Shown here piece by piece: positions 1-8,967 of a DNA stretch of 32,000 bases. Under the pieces are notes generated by a model. It worked only from the letters and a program-made list of their open reading frames with translations, made no database searches and was not told the DNA's origin. The translations under genes were made by a program, and so were the position numbers. The stretch comes from Pyrodictium abyssi (lineage in GTDB: Archaea; Thermoproteota; Thermoprotei_A; Sulfolobales; Pyrodictiaceae): contig NZ_AP028907.1 in the NCBI RefSeq assembly GCF_036323395.1, forward strand, positions 1,800,001 through 1,832,000. Reading direction: 5' to 3'. Every line of letters starts with the position of its first letter. Position 1 is the first letter of the stretch.

Positions 1-222
1 AACCTGCTCCATCCTCTCCTCCAGGCGCTGCTGCCTCTCGGCGAGCCCCGCGAACCTCTCCTCGAGGCGGGCGAATCTCTCCTCAAGCCTAGTAATGCGC
101 TCCAGTATCTCCCGGTAGCCCAGCAGCCCCATCAACGCGTAGCGGAGTTCTGGGTCGGACTCGACGAGCTCTAGGAGAGCCCGCTTAAGCCTCCCAGCGT
201 CGATAGTATTGCTGGAGGACAA
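1..222 (-). CDS. N-terminal part of a coiled-coil protein resembling crenarchaeal DUF3782/PD-(D/E)XK-like proteins; runs off the left edge
   Basis: My reverse-strand translation from TTG (220-222) is open to base 1: (M)SSSNTIDAGRLKRALLELVESDPELRYALMGLLGYREILERITRLEERFARLEERFAGLAERQQRLEERMEQV. The frame stays open upstream to a possible GTG at 298-300. Confidence 0.6.
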   Translation of the reverse strand, partial: MSSSNTIDAGRLKRALLELVESDPELRYALMGLLGYREILERITRLEERFARLEERFAGLAERQQRLEERMEQV

Positions 223-338
223 GGCATAGCCACCGCAGTGAACCCCGTCTAGCCTCCGGGTAGGACGTACGCCTATAGCCGCTAGAAGTAGCTTAGGCAC
301 CGTAAACCCTTATTAAACACCCCTGCAGCCCTCGATAG

Positions 339-728
339 CTACTCCGATGGGCTACTGAGGTATTCCTCTAGCTCCTGTTCCTCGCGCTCGAGCTCGTCGA
401 GGTTCTCGGGTATACGCTTGACCCGGAAGACTCCTATCCTGTAGTCGTAGAACTCGCTCGGCTCCGGGGGCTCAACCACAGCCACCAGCTCAGCCTCGGC
501 GCCCAGGTCCTCGAGGGTGTAGCGTAGGTCGTCTACCCAGTCGTTTATCCCGCACGTGGCGCAGAAGCTCCCCTCGAAGACCACGTAGGCCCGGTCCCCC
601 TGTATCTTTAGGAGCCGTGCGCGGGACTCTGCGCCGCGGTAGCGGTTGTAGCGGCGTATAGCCAGCTCCATTAGCCGGCGTAGGCGTTGCTCGTAGCCCG
701 GGTCGCGCCTGACAGCTAGCTGGCTCAC
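339..728 (-). CDS. conserved hypothetical protein with a CxxC motif
   Basis: 129-aa ORF with archaeal-like composition and an internal CATC motif; no family recognised. Confidence 0.65.
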   Translation of the reverse strand: MSQLAVRRDPGYEQRLRRLMELAIRRYNRYRGAESRARLLKIQGDRAYVVFEGSFCATCGINDWVDDLRYTLEDLGAEAELVAVVEPPEPSEFYDYRIGVFRVKRIPENLDELEREEQELEEYLSSPSE

Positions 729-875
729 GGCTGGCTGGCACCCTAGGGTGTAGACACGCTTCCCTTAACACGCGTTAATAAGTGGTTAGCGCCGCCGCGG
801 GCCGCTGCACATCCTGCAGCGTCGCAGCGGGCTACCCTAGATATACCGGGCACGGCGTATACTCAACCAGGGTGC

Positions 876-1178
876 ATGCCCGTGACCGAGCTTAGAGTAC
901 AGCTCCTCGGCTCCGAGAAGAGAGAAGACCTCTACACGGCCAGGCTCAGCGTAGAGTACGCTGGGCACAGCTACCAGCTAGAAGTCCCCCGCCTGGTACG
1001 CGAGCCCGCGCGGCTAAGCTTCCGGCTCCAGGGCGACTACCTGCTCATCGAGCTATTCGACCGGGAGGACAAGCCCCTAGCAACCTGCTGTATCCACAAA
1101 GGCCACCTGGATAAGGGCTGCCTAGACTGCCCCTCCCTCATACCCCCGCCCCGGGGCGAAGCCCAGGCCTGCAGGTAG
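876..1178 (+). CDS. small hypothetical protein with C-terminal Cys/His cluster
   Basis: 100-aa ORF with ATG start; C-terminus CCIHKGHLDKGCLDC. TATA-like 'agatatacc' about 30 nt upstream. Confidence 0.6.
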   Translation: MPVTELRVQLLGSEKREDLYTARLSVEYAGHSYQLEVPRLVREPARLSFRLQGDYLLIELFDREDKPLATCCIHKGHLDKGCLDCPSLIPPPRGEAQACR

Positions 1179-1438
1179 CCCGGGGGCCGCACCGTTTATC
1201 CCGCCCAGGCGCCCCATAACCCGGCGTGGAGGGCCGTGGGGCTCCCCCGGCCCCGCCCCGCCGACTGGGCCGCGTGCCGGCCCGCCCAGCGACACGGAGG
1301 GGAGGAGGCGGGGACCGGCAAGGCCGGTATACCCTCCACCCCCTACCCCCCTTGTCTGTGCTCCATCCTCTGCGGGGCAGAGCCCTAGGCACTCTGGTAG
1401 CCCCCGAGGGTCCCTCCGTATAGCTGGGCTGGCCAGAG

Positions 1439-2374
1439 ATGGACAAGTGTCTCGAGATACGTGGCGCCTCCAAGCAGTACCCGGGCGGCATAGTGGCAGT
1501 GGACGGTGTAAGCCTCACAGCCAGCTGCGGCACCGTCACCGCGCTGCTTGGGCCCAATGGGAGCGGGAAGAGCACCCTACTAGCCATGGCCGCGGGAGTG
1601 CTGAGGCCTAGCAGCGGAGTCTTCCTCGTCGCCGGGCTCGAGGTCTGGGGGCCCCGTGGCAGGGACGCCCGGAGGCTCCTCGGCTACATGCCGCAGGCTG
1701 AGCCGTTCCACCCGCTGCTCACCGGCTGGGAGAACCTCGCGCTCCACGCCTCCATGAGGGGTGTCCGGCTCGACCGGGGCCTGGTCCTAGAGCTCGCAGA
1801 GGAGCTGGGCCTCGGCCGGGAGGCGCTGGGCCGGCGCGTCGGCGGCTACAGCGGGGGTATGAAGAGGAAGCTCGCGCTCATAGCGGCTGTGCTCCACCAG
1901 CCCCGGGTGCTCCTCCTCGACGAGCCGGACTCGGGTCTTGATCCAGGCTCGCGGCGCCGGCTCGCAGAGGTTCTCCGGCGGCTAGCCCGCAGCGGCGCCG
2001 CTGTGGTCTTCACCACGCATATCGGCTGGAGCGCTGCCCACGCTGACCAAGTAGTGTTTATGCACCGGGGCAGGGTGGTGGCCGAGGGCGCGCCGGGCGA
2101 GCTCGTGGAGAAGTACAGTCCGTGGCACCTAGTGGAGCTGGAGGCGGCCGACCCCGAGGGGCTCCGCGCTGAGCTGGAGAGGCTCGGGGGCGTCGAGAGG
2201 GTCGAGGCCAGGGATGGCGTCCTGGTGGTGGCTGTGAGGGGTGGGCCGGACGCGCTAGCCGCCGTGGCCCGGGCGGCTGCGCGGCACGGACTACGCCGCC
2301 TCTCGGCGAGGGAGCCGGGCATCGAGGACGCGTTCCTCGCCGCCACAGGCCAGCCCCTGGGGGAGGAACGCTAG
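1439..2374 (+). CDS. ABC transporter ATP-binding protein (ABC-2 exporter type)
   Basis: Walker A GPNGSGKS, signature YSGGMKRKLAL, Walker B VLLLDEPDSGLDP, H-loop FTTHI. Confidence 0.95.
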   Translation: MDKCLEIRGASKQYPGGIVAVDGVSLTASCGTVTALLGPNGSGKSTLLAMAAGVLRPSSGVFLVAGLEVWGPRGRDARRLLGYMPQAEPFHPLLTGWENLALHASMRGVRLDRGLVLELAEELGLGREALGRRVGGYSGGMKRKLALIAAVLHQPRVLLLDEPDSGLDPGSRRRLAEVLRRLARSGAAVVFTTHIGWSAAHADQVVFMHRGRVVAEGAPGELVEKYSPWHLVELEAADPEGLRAELERLGGVERVEARDGVLVVAVRGGPDALAAVARAAARHGLRRLSAREPGIEDAFLAATGQPLGEER

Positions 2375-2377
2375 GAG

Positions 2378-3604
2378 GTGACACCGGGGATGGGGTTCCT
2401 GGCCGGCTATCTGGCTGCGCAGCTGCGGATACTCCTTCGTAGCAGGTCCACACTGTTCTGGGTAGTAGTCTTCCCGCTGATAATGACGCTGCTATTCACC
2501 TCCCTATGGGGTAAGCCAGCAACGCCTAAGATAGACCTAGGGCTCGTAGTGGAGGACGAGCACACGGCGATAGTCGAGGGCATTGTGAGGGGTATCAACG
2601 CCACACCGATGGTAGACGACCTCATAGTGCTGGATAGCAGGGAGGAGCTGCTAGAGCAGCTACGGGCGCCCCCGCCACGAGGCGTAGACGTGGGCATCGT
2701 GGTGCCCCAGGGCTTCTCCCGCAACATATCCACTGGGCGCCAGGCCTGCCTAGAGCTGCTCTACCTCGACACACCGAGCTCCTGGACCAACACCTCGCTG
2801 GCCATAGCCCGGGGCATCGTGGACGAGCTGTCCAGGCGCATAAGGGAGCACTTCCTCGAAGCCGCTCTGAGGTATACGCCGCAGCAGTACCGGCCCTACG
2901 TGGTAGCGCTAGCTGAGCCGGTGAAGGTCCGGGTAGAGCCCGTGGAGCCAGAGACCGCTGTCACCGAGGCGCAGGTCAAGGCGTGGATAGCGCTCTCGAT
3001 GGCTGTGGTCGAGGCGCTCTTCATAGGATTGCTTGTCGGGGCTACTAGCTTCCACGAGGAGAAGAGGCTAGGCATGTTGCCGGCGCTGCTCTCGAGCCCC
3101 CTGGGCTCCTGGAGCCTACTAGCCGCGCGGCTGCTTACAGCGCTACTCTACACCGGCATAGCCTCAGCCGTAGCCATAGCCGCGGGAGCGCTAGCCGGCG
3201 CCGAGTACTCCGCCAGCCCAGCCGCCGTAGCCGTGGCCGCCGCCATGATAGCCCTCGCAACGTTGTTCTCGGCCTCGATAGGCCTAGTCATATCGGGGCT
3301 AGCGAAGAGACAAGAGGCCGCCGAGGCCATGGCCAACGCTGTGGCGTTCCCCCTCATGTTCATAGGGGGTATATGGGTGCCCAAGTGGATGCTCCCGCCA
3401 CTCCTACAGAGGCTAGCCGAGGTACTCCCCGTAAGCCGTATGGCTGACGCTGCCCGAGCCGTGATAGTCTACGGGCAGGGCCCTGGCGAGGCCCTAGCCG
3501 AGCACACGCCGCCCACCGTGCTCGCCGCGACAGCCGTGTTCCTGGCTATAGGCGTCCTACTGTATAGGCGCTTGCTCGAGAAGAGCATAGAGCACCCCGG
3601 GTGA
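2378..3604 (+). CDS. ABC-2 type transporter permease
   Basis: N-terminal TM, large extracytoplasmic region, then a cluster of TM helices with FHEEKRLGMLPALLSSPLGSWSLLAARLL typical of ABC-2 permeases; directly follows the ATPase gene. Confidence 0.9.
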   Translation: MTPGMGFLAGYLAAQLRILLRSRSTLFWVVVFPLIMTLLFTSLWGKPATPKIDLGLVVEDEHTAIVEGIVRGINATPMVDDLIVLDSREELLEQLRAPPPRGVDVGIVVPQGFSRNISTGRQACLELLYLDTPSSWTNTSLAIARGIVDELSRRIREHFLEAALRYTPQQYRPYVVALAEPVKVRVEPVEPETAVTEAQVKAWIALSMAVVEALFIGLLVGATSFHEEKRLGMLPALLSSPLGSWSLLAARLLTALLYTGIASAVAIAAGALAGAEYSASPAAVAVAAAMIALATLFSASIGLVISGLAKRQEAAEAMANAVAFPLMFIGGIWVPKWMLPPLLQRLAEVLPVSRMADAARAVIVYGQGPGEALAEHTPPTVLAATAVFLAIGVLLYRRLLEKSIEHPG

Positions 3605-3611
3605 AGCAGGG

Positions 3612-4268
3612 ATGGCCGAGCGCCGCGAGCTGCTAGAGATGCTGAAGAGGATAGAGGAGAAGCTCTACGCGGGCTGGAACCTCTACAGCGCCCTAGCCTT
3701 CCTCTACTGGATACCAGTCCTAGGCACATACATGGCCATAGCCAGTACAAGCTGGTTCATGGGGCTCAGCGAGGACGCGAAAGGCTTGTTTAGCGCTGCC
3801 TACTGGGTAGCCGCTGTAATGCTCTCCTTCACCTTCTACAGGACGCTGCTGAAGAAGTACATAGAGAGGCTTATAGCGAGCCTTAGCAGCGAGTGCAGCG
3901 AGAACTGCTACAGGGAGAAGAGGCATTGCAACCTGTTCAGCGCCGTGTCGTGGCTGCTAGGGTTCCTCCTCGCGCCCGGCATCGGCGCCGCTCTTGAGCC
4001 CCTCCTAGGCCCCGAGAGGGGGCAAGCAGCCGGACTCCTAGCATTCATAACCGTGGGCACTCTGGGAGTCGCTCTCGCCGAGTACTGCGCGTCGAAGAAG
4101 AGGCCGCTAAGCCTAGTAGCGCCCTCAGCGACAGCTGCGGGGATGCTGCTGCTACCGCTCGTGCCCCCCGACGTAGACGCAGCCTACGCCTTCGCTAGCT
4201 CGGTTATAGTCGTGGGCTATAGTGTTACAGCTGCCCTCTACGTGCTCGCTGCACTACGGCGCCTCTAG
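3612..4268 (+). CDS. multi-pass membrane protein of the ABC exporter cassette
   Basis: 218-aa ORF with several hydrophobic segments, 7 nt downstream of the permease. Confidence 0.75.
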   Translation: MAERRELLEMLKRIEEKLYAGWNLYSALAFLYWIPVLGTYMAIASTSWFMGLSEDAKGLFSAAYWVAAVMLSFTFYRTLLKKYIERLIASLSSECSENCYREKRHCNLFSAVSWLLGFLLAPGIGAALEPLLGPERGQAAGLLAFITVGTLGVALAEYCASKKRPLSLVAPSATAAGMLLLPLVPPDVDAAYAFASSVIVVGYSVTAALYVLAALRRL

Positions 4269-4301
4269 CAGGCTACACAGGGTGGCAGTGGCTGGTGGAC
4301 T

Positions 4302-4706
4302 GTGCCCGGCGAGGAAGAGATACGTAGGGCGCTAGAGCTGCTACGGCGGAGCCCTCTCCAGAGCCCGGTCCGGCTCGCTGTCATGCTGCTACTTGCTGCC
4401 CGCCACAGCATGGAGTTCTCCGACCTGCAGCGCGCCCTCGGGGTGACACCGGGCAATCTTTGGAGCCACTTGGAGAAGCTTAGAAAGGCTGGGCTTGTGA
4501 GAGTACGGTACCGGCCATGGCCGGGCCAGGGCCCGCGGATGATAGTCGAGGCTACCGGGGAGGGCTTAGAGGCGCTGTTTAGGCACCTACACGCTCTAAG
4601 AGTCCTAGAGGAGGCAGCGGGCAGCGGCCGAGAGGAGGCCGGCGGCAGTGGAGCCGGGGCTGAGGAGGAGGCTGCTAGGCTACGCCGAGGCAGTGGGGCT
4701 GTCTAG
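4302..4706 (+). CDS. winged-helix transcriptional regulator (ArsR/HTH_34-like)
   Basis: PVRLAVMLLLAARHSMEFSDLQRALGVTPGNLWSHLEKLRKAGLVRVRY is a classic wHTH pattern. Confidence 0.85.
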   Translation: MPGEEEIRRALELLRRSPLQSPVRLAVMLLLAARHSMEFSDLQRALGVTPGNLWSHLEKLRKAGLVRVRYRPWPGQGPRMIVEATGEGLEALFRHLHALRVLEEAAGSGREEAGGSGAGAEEEAARLRRGSGAV

Positions 4707-6780
4707 GTACCGGGGGCTCCTAGTACTACACTCGGCCGAGCCGGGCAGGGCGGCAGAGGAGCTTGTAGAGCTGCTAGGGGGCAGCGGGGGCTGCATAGCG
4801 GCTGCGCCCCGCCGGCTCCTCCCATCCTGCCCCGGGGGCTGCCGCTGCGTCTCGCCGGGCGGGTTCCAGGGCGCCCTAGGCCAGGAGGCGCGGCTGGTGG
4901 TGATAGCCACTGATGGGCTCCTACGCCCCAACCTCGTCGCTGGCCTCGCCGGCGCTGTGTCTGCTGGCGGCCTGCTAGCAGTCACCGCGCCCCCGCTGGA
5001 CAGGTGGAGCCCGGGCCCCGCGGGCGGTGCTGGCGGCTACCGCCGGTACCTCCTCGACGCGCTGCGCCGCGCCCCCGTCGTGCTCTGGGCGGACGCGGAC
5101 ACGGGTAGGGTGTACGCGGAGCGGAGGCCTCGCGGGCGGGCCGGGGAGTGGAGGCTGGGCTCTAGGGGGTATAGGCCCCGTCACGCTGTGCCCAGGGCCC
5201 TGCTAGGCCTAGCTGTGACGCCGAGCCAGGCCCGCGCGCTCGACGCTTTCGCTGGCTTCCTCTCGGGCAGGCAGCGGAGCTTCCTGGTGACCGGGGACCG
5301 GGGGCGCGGGAAGAGCTTCCTACTAGGCCTGGCCGCCGTGCTGGCCGTGCGGCGGGGCGCTCTCGGCGAGGCGGTGGCCGTCGCGCCGGAGCCTGCCGGG
5401 CTCACTAGCTTCTTCGAGGGCCTCGTCCGGGGCCTCGACGCCCTCCGGGTGCGCCACCGGGTCCGGCGGCGGGGCGGAGACGTCGTAGCGGTGACGGGGC
5501 CCTGGTTCCGTGTAGCCTACCAGCCCGTGGACTCCGCGAAGCCCGCAGCCTTCCTGGTCGTGGACGAGGCTGGGGCCGTCGGCGTGGCGAGGCTGCGGAG
5601 GCTGTCGTGGAGGAGCGGCCGGGTGCTCGTAGCTACCACGATCCACGGCTACGAGGGGAGCGGCCGGGTCTTCGCCCACATGGTCGGGGAGGTTCTGCCC
5701 AGGCCCCTGGCCTCGGTGGAGCTCGCTGAGCCTGTGAGGTACCCGCCCGGTGACCCCCTCGAGGAGTGGGTAAACGAGACGTTCATGCTCCGGCCCGACC
5801 CGGAGCCCCCCGGCCCCGAGGGGGAGCTGGTCTACGAGCAGGTGCCCGCCGAGAAGCTCGCCTCTGAGCCGCGCCTCCTACGCGCCGTCTACAGCCTCTT
5901 GGCGCTCGCCCACTACCGGGGCGAGCCGGACTACCTCCTCGTCCTCCTAGAGTCGAGGACCCATACCGTGCACGTGCTGCGCAGCGGAGGCAGCATCGTG
6001 GCCGTGGCGGACGTCGGGCTAGAGGACTGGGGGCAGCCAGAGGAGGGGAGGCTGGGCCTAACACTCCTCTCCCTCCAGGCAGAGGGGGCGGAGGGCCTCC
6101 GGGCTGCGCGGGTGGTCAGGATAGCTGTGCACCCCGGGCTACAGCGCCGCGGGCTAGGCACCCGCCTACTAGGCTACGTGGAGGAGTGGGCCCGGAGCCG
6201 CGGGGTTGACCTGGTTACGGCCGTGTTCGGGAGGCATGACGTGCTCGGGTTCTGGCTCCGGGCCGGCTATACCCCGTTCTACGTGAGCCCGAGGTTCAAC
6301 AGGTACACGGGAGAGAAGAACATCGGCGTCGCGAAGCCCCTCACCGCTGCCGGGCGGCGCGTCCTCGAGGAGGCTGCGCGGGAGCTGCGCCTCCGCCTAC
6401 TCTTCTCCGCGCACAGCGTCTACCGCGACCTAGCAGCCGAGAAGATAGCCGCGCTCCTACGGGCCCTACCCAGCGTAGAGCCCGCTATCGGCCTCACGCC
6501 GGGCCAGAAGAGGAGGCTCTGTATGCACCTCCGGGGCCTCGCTGAGGCTGAGCAGGCGCTCGACGCCCTCTACCTGGCCGCCGCCATAGCGCTCTCCCGG
6601 CGCGAGGCCGCCGAAGGGCTAGGCGAGCGTAGACTACTGCTCGCCGTGGCTAGGCTCCTACAGGGGAAGCCGCCGGACGAGGCCGCCGAGATAGCTGGCA
6701 TACCGGTTGGGCAGCTGCCCGGAGAGCTTCGCGGCCTGGCAGAGTTCCTGGCTGATGCGGCTGGCGTCGTGTGCGGCTAG
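4648..6780 (+). CDS. tmcA: tRNA(Met) cytidine acetyltransferase TmcA
   Basis: RecD-like ATPase motif GDRGRGKSFLLG, Walker B LVVDEAGAVG, GNAT segment IAVHPGLQRRGLGTRLL followed by GYTPFYVSPRFNRYTGEKNIGVAKPL. A GTG at 4693 is an alternative start that reduces overlap with the upstream gene. Confidence 0.93.
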   Translation: MEPGLRRRLLGYAEAVGLSRYRGLLVLHSAEPGRAAEELVELLGGSGGCIAAAPRRLLPSCPGGCRCVSPGGFQGALGQEARLVVIATDGLLRPNLVAGLAGAVSAGGLLAVTAPPLDRWSPGPAGGAGGYRRYLLDALRRAPVVLWADADTGRVYAERRPRGRAGEWRLGSRGYRPRHAVPRALLGLAVTPSQARALDAFAGFLSGRQRSFLVTGDRGRGKSFLLGLAAVLAVRRGALGEAVAVAPEPAGLTSFFEGLVRGLDALRVRHRVRRRGGDVVAVTGPWFRVAYQPVDSAKPAAFLVVDEAGAVGVARLRRLSWRSGRVLVATTIHGYEGSGRVFAHMVGEVLPRPLASVELAEPVRYPPGDPLEEWVNETFMLRPDPEPPGPEGELVYEQVPAEKLASEPRLLRAVYSLLALAHYRGEPDYLLVLLESRTHTVHVLRSGGSIVAVADVGLEDWGQPEEGRLGLTLLSLQAEGAEGLRAARVVRIAVHPGLQRRGLGTRLLGYVEEWARSRGVDLVTAVFGRHDVLGFWLRAGYTPFYVSPRFNRYTGEKNIGVAKPLTAAGRRVLEEAARELRLRLLFSAHSVYRDLAAEKIAALLRALPSVEPAIGLTPGQKRRLCMHLRGLAEAEQALDALYLAAAIALSRREAAEGLGERRLLLAVARLLQGKPPDEAAEIAGIPVGQLPGELRGLAEFLADAAGVVCG

Positions 6781-6882
6781 CCTGGGCGAGGAGAGGGGAT
6801 ATAGGAGGTAATCCCACGGTACCAGTGTCTACACGGTATAGACGGGAGGTGTCTAGCCACGGGTAGCCGCCGGGACAGCTAC

Positions 6883-7881
6883 GTGACGAGGATAGCGCTC
6901 CGGGACTTCAAGGGGATAAGGAGAGGCGTGGTGGACCTCGCGCCGCTCACGCTGCTCGCGGGCGCGTGTGGCAGCGGCAAGACAAGCATACTAGAGGCGA
7001 TAATGCTCGGCCACGGCTTCCGCGATATGCTGCCAGGGCTACCAGTCCACGACGTGTTGTCGAGGATGAGGCAGGGGCTGAGCAGCCGGGGCCTCGACCA
7101 CCTCATCTACGGCTACGGCGCGACAGACGCTGTACAGGCGCGTGTAGCCTTCTGGCGCGGGCAAGAACTCGCCTACCTCGTCACAGTGACGAGCGAGGGG
7201 AATAGACTGGTCATCCGGGTAGCCGAGCCGGGCCGCGAGGGCGTGGAGCCAGGCGAGGTCCTCGAGGCTAGCTCTGAGAGGCTACAGATAGGCTACCATA
7301 CACGGATAGTGGCCGTGGTAGAGAAGTATACGGGTAGGCTACGCGGAGAAGGCTTCAGGGGCTTCATAGACGTGGTGTACGTGCACCCGAAGCTCCTGGA
7401 CAGCCTTATGAAGTACGCCTACGACAACTGGATATCGCTAGTCAATGCAGGTGTAACAGCTACCGTCGCAAGGTGGATTAGCAGGATAGTGGGCAACGGG
7501 GGCTACATCGATATGACCGCGGAGCCTTTCGGGGCGGGCACCGAGTCGATATACCTCTACTCGGACAAGGGCATGAGGGTGAGGCTCAGCGATATGGGCG
7601 AGTGCACCGCTACACTAGCTGCCGCGAGGCTAGCCATAGACCACAAGAAGCCCGACGTGGTTCTGATAGACGGCCTCGACGCGATGATCTCGCCAGAGCT
7701 GTACCCCGCCCTCGTAGAGTGGTTCAAGACCCTGGTAGAGAAGGGTGTACAGGTCGTAGCGACCATGCAGGACTCGGAGCGCGCCCGCAGGCTCGCGAGA
7801 GCCGCTATAGAAAACGGGATAGACGCTGCCGCGTACCGGCTCTCCCTCCCCGGCGGGATGCTCACCGTGTCCAGTCTTTAG
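6883..7881 (+). CDS. SMC/RecF/OLD-like AAA ATPase
   Basis: IALRDFKGIRRGVVDLAPLTLLAGACGSGKTSILEAI at the N-terminus and Walker B-like DVVLIDGLDAMISPELYPALVEW. Confidence 0.8.
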   Translation: MTRIALRDFKGIRRGVVDLAPLTLLAGACGSGKTSILEAIMLGHGFRDMLPGLPVHDVLSRMRQGLSSRGLDHLIYGYGATDAVQARVAFWRGQELAYLVTVTSEGNRLVIRVAEPGREGVEPGEVLEASSERLQIGYHTRIVAVVEKYTGRLRGEGFRGFIDVVYVHPKLLDSLMKYAYDNWISLVNAGVTATVARWISRIVGNGGYIDMTAEPFGAGTESIYLYSDKGMRVRLSDMGECTATLAAARLAIDHKKPDVVLIDGLDAMISPELYPALVEWFKTLVEKGVQVVATMQDSERARRLARAAIENGIDAAAYRLSLPGGMLTVSSL

Positions 7882-7923
7882 CTAAGTGCTCCGGTGAGGA
7901 TGCACCTCCACACCCCGGCTCGG

Positions 7924-7955
7924 AGCCCCTCCGATACGAGGCCCAGGGAGGGGCT
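7924..7955. repeat. inverted repeat, perfect 9-bp arms
   Basis: agcccctcc (7924-7932) and ggaggggct (7947-7955), 14-nt spacer. Confidence 0.7.
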
Positions 7956-7984
7956 ATGGCGAGAGGGCAAGGTGCCGAGGACAC

Positions 7985-8011
7985 CCTTCTACACTCTACT
8001 GGTGTAGAGGG
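7985..8011. repeat. inverted repeat / hairpin, 10-bp stem (one G-T) with 7-nt loop
   Basis: ccttctacac-tctactg-gtgtagaggg, intergenic between the ATPase and the Usp gene. Confidence 0.7.
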
Positions 8012-8091
8012 CTCTAGGCTCGCGCCCAGGCGCTATAGGGGCCCATCTTATTATCCTCCCAGCTGCTATAGAGCTAGTTACAGGGGTCGGC

Positions 8092-8967
8092 GTGGCGCCG
8101 AAGAACTGTAGTTTTACGCACGCGGTTGTGGGCCTCGACCTCTCAAAGGTGTCCGACCTCTTCGTGTCGTGGCTGCCCTACCTCCGGCGGGTGGGGACTC
8201 GGAGCCTAACGCTCGTACACGTGGTTTCCCTGGAGGTTCTGGAGCACGTTGCCAGCGGCTACCCCGTGGACAAGCTCCAGGAGGATATGAGGCGCGAGGC
8301 TCTGCGCAAGCTCGACGTTTACGCTACGGAGCTGCGCAGCAAGGGCTTCGAGGTCGAGGTCATACGCCCAGAAGTGGGTGAGCCGGCGATCAAGATAGCT
8401 GAGATCGCGCGCAGGCTTAACGCGGACTACATAGTGGTAGCGTCGAGGGGGCACGGCTGGATACGCCGCATACTGCTCGGGAGTACCAGCGAGGAACTCG
8501 TACACGTGGCTGACCGGCCTGTGTTCATATCGAAGCCCTATACACGCAGCAAGGACGGAGAGGAGGAGCTGCGTGCCCCCGGCGACCCCTTCGAGGGGCC
8601 CATAGTAGCTGCTGTGGACTTCGACGACTACCTCGACCACGTGCTATGCAGGGCCTCTGAGATAGCGAGGCGGACCGGCGCCAGAATAGTTCTGCTCCAC
8701 GTGCTTGAGGAGGGGGAGGATGGGCCTACAGTGGCTAAGCGTCTCCTCGAGCTAACCGAGAGGCTCAAGGCCGAGGGCGTTGAGGCAAGCTATACCATCG
8801 CCAAGGGTAAGCCTGGCAAAGCCATAGTTGAGGAGGCAGATAAGCTCGGAGCATCGCTCATACTCATAGGCCCGCATAGCAGAAGCGAGGCCACCATCGA
8901 GATAATGGGCACTACTACGGAGGCCGTGATACGGCGCGCGGGAACGCACGTACTAGTCTGTAAGTAG
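8092..8967 (+). CDS. tandem universal stress protein (two UspA domains)
   Basis: Two halves with Usp architecture; first domain VASRGHGWIRRILLGSTSEELV...PVFI, second IGPHSRSEATIEIMGTTTEAVIRRAGTHVLV. GTG start. Confidence 0.9.
   Translation: MAPKNCSFTHAVVGLDLSKVSDLFVSWLPYLRRVGTRSLTLVHVVSLEVLEHVASGYPVDKLQEDMRREALRKLDVYATELRSKGFEVEVIRPEVGEPAIKIAEIARRLNADYIVVASRGHGWIRRILLGSTSEELVHVADRPVFISKPYTRSKDGEEELRAPGDPFEGPIVAAVDFDDYLDHVLCRASEIARRTGARIVLLHVLEEGEDGPTVAKRLLELTERLKAEGVEASYTIAKGKPGKAIVEEADKLGASLILIGPHSRSEATIEIMGTTTEAVIRRAGTHVLVCK

Noticed and set aside
1138-1587. 149-aa minus-strand ORF
   Set aside because: Pro/Arg/Gly-rich low-complexity translation overlapping two forward genes.
7602-8111. 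169-aa plus-strand ORF covering the end of the ATPase gene and the intergenic gap
   Set aside because: Arg/Pro/Ser-rich out-of-frame translation of the ATPase gene extending into the gap; it also overlaps the Usp start and has no domain-like sequence.
8206-8640. 144-aa minus-strand ORF inside the Usp gene
   Set aside because: Antisense to a confidently identified tandem Usp gene; best explained as a GC-driven shadow ORF.
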